A stretch of DNA of 64,000 nt, taken from the NCBI RefSeq assembly GCF_000143415.4, contig NW_003314277.1, positions 1,062,224-1,126,223 of the forward strand, read 5' to 3'. How positions within the stretch are numbered: the first letter of the stretch is position 1; each line of letters starts with the position of its first letter. Below, piece by piece: positions 1 through 13,400 of this stretch. Below the pieces are notes generated by a model. That model ran no database searches. It was not told where the DNA came from and was given only the letters and a program-made list of their open reading frames with translations. Source of the stretch: Selaginella moellendorffii. Taxonomy: Eukaryota > Plantae > Lycopodiophyta. Made by a program: the position numbers and the translations under genes.

Positions 1-15
1 TTCTCATCATCCAAG
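1..15 (-). ncRNA. 5' end of a third box C/D snoRNA (runs off the window)
   Basis: Minus strand CCTTGG-ATGATGA-GAA: a box C about 40 nt downstream of U15, as expected in a polycistronic cluster; the rest is not visible. Confidence 0.45.
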
Positions 16-56
16 GGAGATCGATCGAAGGAAAAGGAAGAATATCGCAAGAACAT

Positions 57-241
57 CTCTCAGACAAATGCCTCGATTCGTGCTTCACTACTAGCGGAAT
101 TTCAAAGAGAAATCCAGCTTCTTCCGGCGTGATTCCATAGCCAGAGCACGAAGAACAATAGAACATTGCTCCGCGATAGCCATTGGGCACGCCAGGAAAG
201 ATGAAAGCTCAGACTCGTCATCTCTTTTTGTCATCACAGAG
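57..241 (-). ncRNA. U15: Box C/D snoRNA U15 (dual guide, U15/snR75-like)
   Basis: Box C GTGATGA (237-231); D' guide AGATGACGAGT-CTGA; D guide CGAGGCATTTGT-CTGA (box D 63-60); terminal stem CTC/GAG. Both guides are complementary to the conserved LSU rRNA segment CAAAUGCCUCGUCAUCU. Confidence 0.85.
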
Positions 242-274
242 AAAAGAATACAAAAGAAGAGCAAAGCGGTCGAT

Positions 275-352
275 GCATCAGATTTAAAAAGCTCGAATTT
301 CCTGTAAGCCTCATGCTTTGATCGGAATTGGATCTCTTTTCTCATCATCTGC
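275..352 (-). ncRNA. Box C/D snoRNA, U36/snR47-like (SSU rRNA Am guide)
   Basis: Box C ATGATGA (348-342), box D CTGA (281-278), terminal stem GCA/TGC. Guide CGAGCTTTTTAA is complementary to SSU rRNA UUAAAAAGCUCG, and the D+5 rule lands on the first A. Confidence 0.8.
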
Positions 353-496
353 GAGGAAGAAGGCGGCATCACTCAAGCCCTAGTGCTAGAACAAGAGCCC
401 TAGAATCCACGGCGCACATTAAATCGTCGCAGTCTCACCGTTGGATCAAAATCTAGGGCTTCAAGATCTAGAATATACTACGAATATATTTCCACT

Positions 497-2988
<2,492 letters not shown>

Positions 2989-3230
2989 TGGGAGGCGTCG
3001 CTCGATCGAGCCGATCGGATCGATGGGTGTTTCTCTCTTCTAGCTGCTAGATCAGGGTGTGGCTCGCCGGATATCCCCAATGTGGGTCGCCTCCATCTCG
3101 AGCACCCACATTCGATCCATCCATTGCTGCTCCCCCCGAGCCTCGCAGGCATCCAGATCCAAAACCCACTAGGAAGACCGAGCTCGCGACTCTGTTCTTG
3201 GCGCCGATGGATCAAATCAAAGTCGAGATT

Positions 3231-3275
3231 GAGAGAGAGAGAGAGAGAGAGAGCGAGAGGGCGAGAGAGAGAGAG
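3231..3275 (+). repeat. (GA)n microsatellite in the kinase 5' region
   Basis: Interrupted GA run. Confidence 0.85.
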
Positions 3276-4844
3276 CTCTTACTACTTTCGAAAAAATAAC
3301 AAACAAAGAGAAAACAAACAAAGAGAAGATGGTGATAGTGATGAGAAGGGGGGGAATGCGAGCCAGCTAGCGGAGGGATTGGCGATCCCTTTCTTGTAGC
3401 TACAGTGATCGTGGTGGTGATCGTGGTGTGGGCGCCGCAAAATCGTCAAACTGGCCGTTTGAGAGAAATCGATGGGTTTCTCCCATTTACCGTTTGATGG
3501 GTCGGGCGATTCCACCCAGAAATCTCGTGGGCAGTGGCCAAAGTCGCAGCTTGGAGCGACCCAAGTGCCGATCGATCGCCTCGTACCTGATCCAATCCAA
3601 GGAGCTAGTTATTTAGCTTTCACTCCTTTCCCTCCTACGTTCCGGCGTTACGAGCTGGAAGAGCCCTACATTACATCTACGTGGTACTGGATGAGAATGA
3701 CCTCCAATCTACTTTGGGAAATCAATGCCAAAGGCCAGCTCTTTCAAAACAATTCCAATTCACTTCACTGGATGAAATGTAGTATTTTTTCATTTGGTTC
3801 ACTGCCAAATTCGTATATGATTCCCTCTTTCCGTTTGTAAGAGATATCTTGTAGAAAATGTATGCAGCAAGCAAACAAAGAACTTAGTTTTATAGTCCAC
3901 CAACTTTCTCTCCTTTGTCTGGTTTGTTCCTGGAAATCTGTGAAGAACGGGATTAATAGGGAATGAATGTCAAAAACTACAAATAAAAAAGACAAATATT
4001 CGAATATACAAAAAAAAGAATAGAGAAAAAGATTTCTGCTAGAACGGAGACTCGACTCAATTGACAGACAGCACCACTTGGAATTGTGACTTGCTCCTGC
4101 CAAACTCTGCCTGTAGAGACGTGGCGTAAACAGCGCTTAAATTCCGTACAGAGGCACATCAGCGTCCGTGCAGTTGAGGAAGGATGAGATTTGTTTGTTT
4201 GCAAGGGGTGAAACTTTATTCTCCCTTCTCTCTCAGATTCATTCCAAAGCCTGGTGTACTTTATTTAGTCCCTGAGCTGAGAGAGAATGACAAGTTTTGT
4301 GTATTATGTGTGTGTGTGGCTTGAAAGCATCCTACTAGACAGACAATGCATAATTCCAACACATGGTGTCACACAGAAAAAAGGGGGTCTTTCTTTGCTG
4401 GCTAGCACACAATACCAGCAAACAGGCAACAAATACTAGACAGAAAAAGTGAGGAAATTTGGTTGGCTGGCTGGCTGCCTTGGACTCTCTATTCCTTTGG
4501 ACTGAATTTGGACTAGATTGGACTGAAGGAAACTAGGGTGAGTTGGCTGGGGCTGCAACAAAAGAGCTCCAATTCCCAAGCCAGTTATGCTCTTTTAGTA
4601 TTATGTTTAAATGGGACTTACACATGGCTAGAGAGACCTCCATGGCTGAGTTGCTAGTTTCCTTTGGTATTATATTTCTTTTTATTTAGGATTATATTAA
4701 TTGGGGTAAAAACCTCTATATAAGAATGGTTCAATCTAAATTAGATGATCTATATACTATATTTCTAGAAGTAATATTTTAACTTTGTAGTATTTACAGA
4801 CTTTAGACCATCCTCCTCTAGTTATCTTTATATTTTATAAGCTT

Positions 4845-5405
4845 TTGGATTTGGATTTCACAACCTAATACTATTCAAACCCAAGGATGTTTAACACTAA
4901 ATATCTTAAAAAATTTAACCGATTGGAAAAACTTTTATTCATGGGCCCTTTCCCTTTATATTTGAACCTTAACAGATTATTTTTTAAGTTGTTCTATTTA
5001 ATTAATTATAATTCACCATGTTTCCAAAGTTGGGAGCCACAACTCTCTTGAGAGCTCTACTCTCTTGACACCCTACCCCTCAAGTTGAACCCAATTAGAG
5101 GTAAATCAGATTTACAAGATATTAATCTTTGAGGGGTAAGGTCTAGTTGGAGGCAAATTAAACTTATCAAATATCAATCTCAACATATAGTGCGAAGCCA
5201 ATTAATATCTAATAATAAATATCAGCCTTCAGATTTGGACTTCTCATGAGGTCATTTAGGCAATATTATTCAAAACCAAGGACATTTAACCCCAAATATT
5301 CTAAAACCCTTAACCGATTCAAAAAAGGGGTGCACTCTTATTCATAAGCTCTTTCCCTTTATATTTGAACTTTAATAGATCATCTCTCAAGTGGTTCTCT
5401 TTAGT
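4845..5405 (+). repeat. Degenerate direct repeat of about 160 bp (approx. 4845-5010 vs 5235-5405)
   Basis: Shared blocks such as ctttccctttatatttgaac, ttaaccgatt and ccaagga. Confidence 0.6.
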
Positions 5406-8400
5406 TGTTTACAATCTAAAACCGAGTCTAAATTGAATCTAAGATTTGCTAGGGTAAAATCCGACAAGCAGAGGACTATAAAAGGTTCCAAAAGTATAAT
5501 AAAGATAGTGATGTTAATCTTGAAGGAATTCTTTAATGGTGCTCCCAAACTAAGTTAGAACTAAGGGTTAGTAACCTTAGATGAAGTCCAAACTGAGGTA
5601 TGTATTTTAGTCCCTAGCTCAAAGTTACTTATTACATGAGCAACTTTGGTAAAAAATCACTTGTGATATTTATTAGCCCCCAAGGGAAGCTCAAAGGTAA
5701 CTCTGTTAAGATTCTTATTGACACAGGTGCTTAAAATAATTTTGTGGTTACAAACATAGGCCAGCAAACTAAACTAATGGTGCAATGGCTGAGAGAACCA
5801 AAGACTATAAAGTTTATTCAAGGTAACCAAAACACTGATAAGGTACTTCAACAAATAAGGGTTGAAGTAAGGATCTAAAAAGTGGACATGTATTTCACTA
5901 TTTTAGACATGGCAGGATTTGATATGATCTTCAAAATGGATTGATTCAATTGGTTTATGCTAACTTTACATGGATAAGGTAAAAACCTAATGATATTACT
6001 AAATGCCTAAGGAGAACAATTTAGAGTGGAGGCCTAAAATCTAAATGTAGAATAATATAAGGCCAAATACTCTTACTTGAACTTAGTGTCTATAATACTA
6101 AAGGAACCAAGATAACATTTTTATGCTTACTCTTAATGAGGAGTGACAAAAAGTTGGGAACACCTTTAAGCTTAACCTTTGAAGGAAACAAGATTGATAG
6201 GTGAATGCTTTGGCCAAGTTCAATTGTGAGATATTTTATAAACCCGAGAAGAGAATTATCATGGCAAATGCTTTAAGTGGTAAAATGAACTTAAATTTGG
6301 CAACATTTAGTGCAACAACCTTCTAGAACAATGTGTAAAAGGTATATAAGGACAATGGTCTAGCACAGTAAATATTGGTGCAAAATATAAAGTGTTGCTA
6401 AAGAATACGAGGTGTTGCTAAGGAACAGAGAGGCATAAAATGCTCAACAATAAAGTGAGTTGCTTAGGGAAGAGAAAAATTAGGTATGTAAAACATAATA
6501 AACTTATTTATTATAAATAGATAAGAGTATATGTTCTAGAAACAAGGTGAATTAAGGAAAGTAGTTTTAAAATAATGTCATGATAAACATTTTATAAAAT
6601 ATAATGAAGTGCCCAAAAAAATGGGTTTGCTCTAAAGAATATATCACTAACTATATATGGTTAAGGATATTCATGACTTTATAAAGACATGGCCAACATA
6701 TAAGCAAGTGAAAGCCATGACTAAGGCTAGTGGGAACTTGTTACAAAACTTTAAAATCCTAGATCGCTAATAAAAATGTCTTATAATGGACTTTATTATA
6801 AGACTTCCCTAAGTTAAAGGTTTAATGTGATATTCGTAGTGGTGGATTAATTTTCAAAAATGGCACATTTTATACTCATTATAATAGAAGTGAATACAGA
6901 AGGTGTGGCAAAGTTGTTTTTTGAACAAGTGGTTTGGTGTAAGAAAGGCCAAAGGAAATTATTTTAGATTTAGATAAAACTTTCACTAATAAATTCTAGA
7001 GAAATATTGCACCAAGCTAAAATTTAGTATGGCCTATCACTCCTAGATATGTATTAAGTATGGAGTCAAATATTGTAGTAATAACACTTCTTGATAGATG
7101 AATAAACAAAAAAGTTGAATAAACAATTGGAAGATTATTTAAGATGTTATGTTTCCGGACACTAAACGAATTGGGTAGGTTATTTAGGACTTGTGAAAAT
7201 GTGTTATAACGACTCATCACATTCGAGTATCAAGGTGAATCCATGGGAAGTTATCAATAGATAAACTATTGAAAGTTTTGTAGAACTCAACTGGCTAAGT
7301 ATTATAGAGAGTTACCTATAATGGAGGCATTAAGAGTAGAAAGACTTAATATTTGGAATTTAATGAAGAATTCTTTGAAACGAAACAGAGGCAAACTAAA
7401 TATGTGAACTAGAAGTGTGAAGACATAGAGTTCCAATTTGGGGAGAAGGTATGGCTGAAACATCAAAAACCTAAGATTATCAAATAGAATCAATCAGAAA
7501 TTAATCCAAAGGTAAAATATATATATTTCTAGAATGAAGTGATCTTGAGTTTTTTAAGCATGTTTGCAAGATCCTATAAGATTGAGGCCTAAATTGATAA
7601 AGTGGCTTACCATCTCAAACATCCTTAGGAGATGGGAAAGATATATCAACTTACTCAAGCCATACTTTAAAGACCCACTTCGCAAAGACTAAATAAGACC
7701 CTTACTTGAGGTTATCTAAAGGGATGAGGAATATGAAGTTCAAGCCATCCTCAATGTGAGTAGGAGTAAATGATAAAGACACAAGGTGAAAGAGTTCCAT
7801 ATGAAGTACAAAACGTTTCCACTCTACATAGCAACATAGGAGACAAAAGAGAACCTAGCAAATGCTCAAAATTTAATAGAGTAGTGTTGGGTTTCGAAGG
7901 CACACTAAAGGTAAGATAGTTAGCATGGGTTTAATTAAGTAAACCAAGCATAAGAAGCTTCAACCAACTCTCTTGAGGGGATGTCAAATCTTTAAACATA
8001 TTCTATAGAGGTTGAGTTCAAGTCCCAACCCTCTAATAGGAGTTCAAGTCCCATTGACAACCCCCTACTAGGGTGAGCTAAGGGAGGTGTATAGTCTTAT
8101 TGTCATGAGCTCCTGGCCAAGGAGGCTCCATTAAGTGAGAATGCTCTAGAGTCAAGGTCAACAAATTGTAAGATTAATAGGTTTATTCAATGTGGGCATC
8201 AAACTTTTTCTATGGGTGGTAGAGTTGTAAAGAACCAACTCATTGAGGTGTCGTAGGCTAGAAGATCCCCTAAAATCACAATCAGAATAATAAAAAATTT
8301 ATTAGATGAGATTAACTTCAAAATCCAAAATCGGGTCCGAGACTAAGTTTAAAACCCAATATTGAATAGTGGTGCTTCCAAACTAAGTTGGGGTTGAGAC

Positions 8401-8539
8401 TAGGGGTTAATAGACTTAAGTGGGAGTGATTATGAGCTTCAAGTGTGCCAAAAAGGCTCCTCAAGAAAGTGCTTAAAAGCAATTACTACTCCCAAAAAGG
8501 GAAATTGATTATGGTGCTCATGGCTTAAGTGGAGTGGTG
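5400..8539 (+). mobile_element. Old degenerate Ty3/Gypsy chromovirus, same family as 8826-16335; RT/RNaseH deleted
   Basis: Colinear with the reverse complement of the intact copy: LTR remnant (approx. 5400-5570), protease, jump from SDKK to GKQGRW near 6160-6180, integrase, chromodomain, PPT gggtggtagag, and 3' LTR starting tgtaaagaac at about 8226. Many C>T/G>A changes. Confidence 0.88.
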
Positions 8540-8825
8540 TGTAAGCAATTAAATTTTCCATTCTATTTTAGTCATTTAATCACATCTTTAACTACTTGAA
8601 CAAGTCTCACTCATGACCTTTATAAGTCTTGTTCTCGACTTGGGGATATGCTAGCACCGAGAATAGCATTTATGCCACTCAACCTTGGCATTTGGTCCAA
8701 GTGCTCCACATGTCCAATCTCATGATTGACACCTAAAGGTACCACTAAAATGTCAGCCTGTTAGGCTAAAGCCATGTCCATTCACCTTTATCACATCAAT
8801 GGTCCAAAACCATTTACATCATAGT
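8540..8825. mobile_element. Left part of a second-family LTR (LTR-B), split by insertion of the 8826-16335 element
   Basis: Starts TGTAAG; homologous to 54011-54295; continues at 16341. Confidence 0.8.
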
Positions 8826-9973
8826 TGTAAACCACAAATTTTTCCTTTTCAATTTGCCAGCTTACCTCGTCTATCCGTCCAACACTACCTTGGCTTTTGC
8901 TAAATTCCTTTGCCAAAGTTCTCGCCTATGGTGCCAGCTCCTACTTGGTTTCAGCTACTCACTGCACAAGCGACCGAGCGTTAGCCATCCTTCCACGGAT
9001 TCCCAAATCACTCCCAATCCCCCTCCCTGGGTTAGACTGGATTTAAGGTTCGGCTACACTCCCCACAAGCACAAGCAGCCAAGCACACCAAGCTTCCAGA
9101 TTCCTAACATCCCATGGTACCACAAGACTTGATCATGGGACCCTCTAAATCCCAAGTCTTGAGTGCAACACTTGCTTCAAGACGCCGGGGCGAAACACCG
9201 TGGCCTAGCGGCCCGGTATGGGTACCTCTACCCCCCCACTTCCATCCCGAAGGAAGGCCCAAGCCCCTAGGGAGGGCGAGGACCAATGAGCCGCATGGTA
9301 CTCAAGTGGGGCACCACTCCACATGAGCCGGGAGCACCGCAATCGGTTTCCCTTTCGAGAGTGGGAGCTGCTCTTGAGCACTTCCCTGGATGGCCCCTCC
9401 GGCACCAACCAAGTCCATGCTCACTCCCACCCAAGGCCCCTCGGTCCCAATCTCAACCTCAAGTCGGTTTGGAAGCCCCATTGGAGAGTCCCTTCAAAAC
9501 TGGTTCCTGGACCTCACTATCCCTACTATACTTTTGGAACCCCCTGCACCCCCCCCCCCCTGGGAGACGCACGCTTTGAGCTTTCACCCCTTGACCCATA
9601 TTAGTATTTGGACTTAGTCTCTGGCTCGATCTCGGACCCGATTTCGGATCCGACTTCGGATTCGGTCTCAGACTTGATCTCGGACTCAATCTCGGACCCG
9701 ATCTCGGACCCAACCTCGGACTCAACCTCGGACTCGGTCTCGGACCCGATTTTGGATCTCGGACCCTGTCTCGAGCTCGGTCTCGAACTCGGTCTCGAAC
9801 TCGGTCCCTGAGTCGGTCTCGGGCTCCATTCCGGACTCTATCTCGAACTCAGTCCTAGAGTCGGTCTTGGACTCGATCTTCAACTTGGTCCCATTCGATG
9901 AACTCTTTGTCATTTTGGTCATGCTTTCGGGGTTCCTTTAGCCTACGACACCTCGGCGAGTTAGTTCCTTACA
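8826..9973 (-). repeat. 3' LTR (1148 bp) with internal hexamer-like (CTCGGA/CTCGAA) tandem array
   Basis: tgtaaacc...ccttaca; matches 15210-16335. Confidence 0.95.
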
Positions 9974-9988
9974 ACTCCACCACCCATA
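9974..9988 (-). promoter_or_regulatory. Polypurine tract
   Basis: Minus strand ATGGGTGGTGGAGT directly before the 3' LTR. Confidence 0.75.
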
Positions 9989-10409
9989 GAAGAAGTTCGA
10001 TGCCCACATCGAACGTCTCTCTTTTTGATCCTACGACTTGTTGACCATGTTTCCGGGGGCATCCCCCCACTTAGCGGTGTGCCTAAGTTAGCCTCCCCGG
10101 CCAAGAGCTCATGACAACGGAATAAGGTGTCCTTATACTCCTCACCTCACCACGCCCTAGTATGGGGTCGGGACTTGAACCCAGCCTTGCTTTACTAGGG
10201 GGTTGGGACTCGAACCCAACCTCCGTAGAATACGTCTACGGATTCGACATCCCCGCAGGGAGTTGGGCGTAGCTCCCTACGCCTGGTCGACCTAGCTAAC
10301 CCATGCTAATTAGCTTACCTTTGGCGTGCCTTCGGGTCCCAACATATGCCATTGCTCAACTTCTCAAATTAAAACTTTTAATTGAACTTTGCATAAGTAC
10401 ATAGAGTTC

Positions 10410-13400
10410 TGCCTTGCAGAAATTCCTCCACTAGATCTCATGCGTTCGCTAGGTTCTCCTCCGGTTCCCATGTTGCTTCGCAGTGTGGAAATCCTTTCCA
10501 CTTCACATGGAACTCTCTCACCTTGCGTCCTTGTCGCTTGCTCTTGCACACATTGAGGATGGCCTCGACTTCGTATTCTTCCTCCCCTTGGATAACCTCA
10601 GGTAAAGGTCTTACTTGGTCCTTGCGAAGCGGATCCTCGAAATACAGCTTGAGTAAGTTCACGTGGAACACGGGATGCATCTTCCCCATCTCTCGAGGAA
10701 GTCGGAGACAGTAAGCCACTTTACCGATTCGAGCCTCAATCTCGTAAGGCCCCGCGAACCTGCTTAAGGAACTTAAGATCAATTCATTTACAGGAATACA
10801 TGCATTTTTACCTTTGGGTCAACTTCCGGCTGATCCCACTTGGTAGCCTGAGGTTCTTGGTGTTCAGCCACACCTTCTCCCCAGCTTGGAACTCCACATC
10901 CCGGCGCTTCTGGTTCGCGTACTTAGTTTGCCTTTGTTGAGCTCGTTCCAAGGAATCCCTCACTAGATTCCAAATGTTGAGTCTTTCCGCCGTGAATGCC
11001 TCCACTGCAGGTAACTCTCCATGATACTCAGCCACGCCGAGTTCCACGGGACCTTCAATAGCTCGCCCATTGATGACTTCCCATGGACTCACCCCGATGC
11101 TCGAATGTGGTGAGTTGTTATAACACATTTCTGCAAGTCCCAAATGACTTACCTAGTTGGTTTGGTCTCCCGAGACATAGCATCGCAAATAATCCTCTAG
11201 CTGCCTATTCACCCTTTCCGTTTGTCCGTCTGTCAAGAAGTGTTAGTGCCATCAATCTTGACTTAATACCCATTACCTGTCTGTGGGTGATAGGCTGTGC
11301 TGAATTTCAACTTGGTGCGATACTGTTTTAGGAGTGTCCTCCAGAACCTACTGGTGAAGATCTTATCTCGATCTGAGATAATCTCTTCTGGCCTTCCCTG
11401 CACTCGAACCACTTGTTCGAAGAATAGCTTCGCCACACCTTCTGCATCCACTTCCGTTGTGGTGGGTATGAAATGTGCCATCTTCGAAAATCGGTCCACC
11501 ACTACGAATATCGCATCGAACCCCTCGCTTGGGGGTAGTCCTGTGATGAAGTCCATCGTGAGACATTTCCACAGACGATCTGGAATGGGGATGCTTTGCA
11601 ACAAGCCCCCACTAGCCTTAGTCACGGCTTTGACCTGCTAACATGTTGGACATGTCTTTACATAGTCTTGGACGTCCTTAGCCATATTTGGCCAGTGATA
11701 CTTCCTTTTGAGTAAGCCCATTGTCTTGGGCACTCCGCCGTGTCCCGCGAGAGGTCCGTCATGACACTCTTCCAAGGCTACCTTCCTTAGTTCCCCTTCT
11801 GGAATATACACCCTCGTTTGCTTGTAATATATGAGTCCGTTGCATTCCGCATAGCCCGTTTTCTCTTCTGTTGGCAGCTCACCTCTCTGGTGAGCTTCCC
11901 GCGCCTCTAGATTCCTCAGCAACACTTCTTGTGCTAGACCATCGTTCTCGTATGCAGTCCGCACATCATCCCAAAAGGTTGTTGTCGCGCTAGATATTGC
12001 CAACTTCAAGCTCGCTTTTCGACTTAGCGCATCTGCCACGATGTTGCTCTTCCCAGGCTTGTACAAGATCTCGCAATCAAACTCGGCCAAAGCATTGGCC
12101 CACCGACCTTGTTTTCCCCTTAGGTCAGGCTGTGACAAGAAGTGTTTCGTTGCCACATTGTCCGTGTAAACTTTGAAGTGTCTCCCAAGGTAGTGTCGCC
12201 ACTCCTTAAGCGCCTTGACCACCGCAAACAATTCCTTCTCATGGGCAGGCCACTTCTGTTGAGCCTTGTCCAACTTCTTCGAGAAGAAGGCCACTGGATG
12301 GTTGTTTTGCTTCAAAACTGCGCCCAACGCAAAGTCTGAAGCATCTGTTTCTACCTCAAAGTCCTTACCAAAGTTTGGTAATGCCAACACGGGAGCCTTC
12401 CTCAACTTCCCTTTGAGGTGGACGAATGCCGCCTCGCATTCCGCTGTCCATACCATCTTCCCTTTTCCCGTTTGGTCCGTTAAGGACAGGGTTACTCTCG
12501 AATAGTGTCTAATAAACTTTTGATAGTAGTTGCATAGCCCCAAGAATGCCCTTAACTTGTGTACATTCGATGGTCGCTCCCACTCCTGGATCGCTTGGAC
12601 CTTCTCAGGGTCCACCTTGAGCCCATCCTTGCCCACCACATGCCCGAGAAACTTTACCTCTTGTTGAGCAAAGTCACATTTGCTCTCTTTAGCATACAGC
12701 TGGTGTTCCCTTAGTTTCTCAAACACCTTCGTCAAGTGTTTGGCATGCTCCTCTAGCATTTCGCTATAGATCAGGATGTCGTCAATATAGATGACCACAA
12801 AGTGATCCAGATAGGGTACAAAGATATGGTTCATCAACGCCGAAAACGTTGCCGGCGCATTGCATAGCCCGAAGGGCATCACCAGAAACTCGAAGCTCCC
12901 ATACCTCATTCGATAGGTTGTCTTCTCGACATCTTCCTCCGCTACCCTGATCTGGTAGTATCCTGACCTTAGGTCGATTCTCGAGAATTATTTTGCCTTT
13001 CCCAACCTATCGAACAGGTCCTCAATCCTTGGCAAAGGGTATTTGTTCTTCTTTGTATACTTGTTGAGCAACTGGTAGTCTATGCACATGCGCATAGACC
13101 CATCTTTCTTTTTCACAAATAGCATCGGCGCCTCATACAGCAATTTGCTCAACCTAACATACCCCTTGTCTACCAACTCCTCTAATTGACGCTTGAGCTC
13201 CGCGAGTTCTTTTTCGTTCAAACAATAGGGTGGACGAACCACCGCCTCAGCGCCCTCGACCAACTCAATCTTATGTTCTATTGGTCGTGCAGGGGGCAAC
13301 CTTGCCGGTAGCTCCTCTGGCATGGTATCCTAGAATTGGTCCAACACCCGCTGAATCACTAAAGGTGCTTCTTCCGTTCCTGTCTTTTTGTCACTTCTCA

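Noticed and set aside
91-372. 93-aa minus-strand ORF
   Set aside because: Overlaps two box C/D snoRNAs, which explain the sequence better
4519-4537. ttggactgaaggaaact resembles miR319
   Set aside because: Lies in a local ttggact repeat; the 3' part mismatches and I found no convincing star arm
9610-9890. Regular repeats in the LTRs as a CRISPR array or an SD/TE-rich protein
   Set aside because: Degenerate hexamer tandem array with no spacers, inside LTRs of a eukaryotic element
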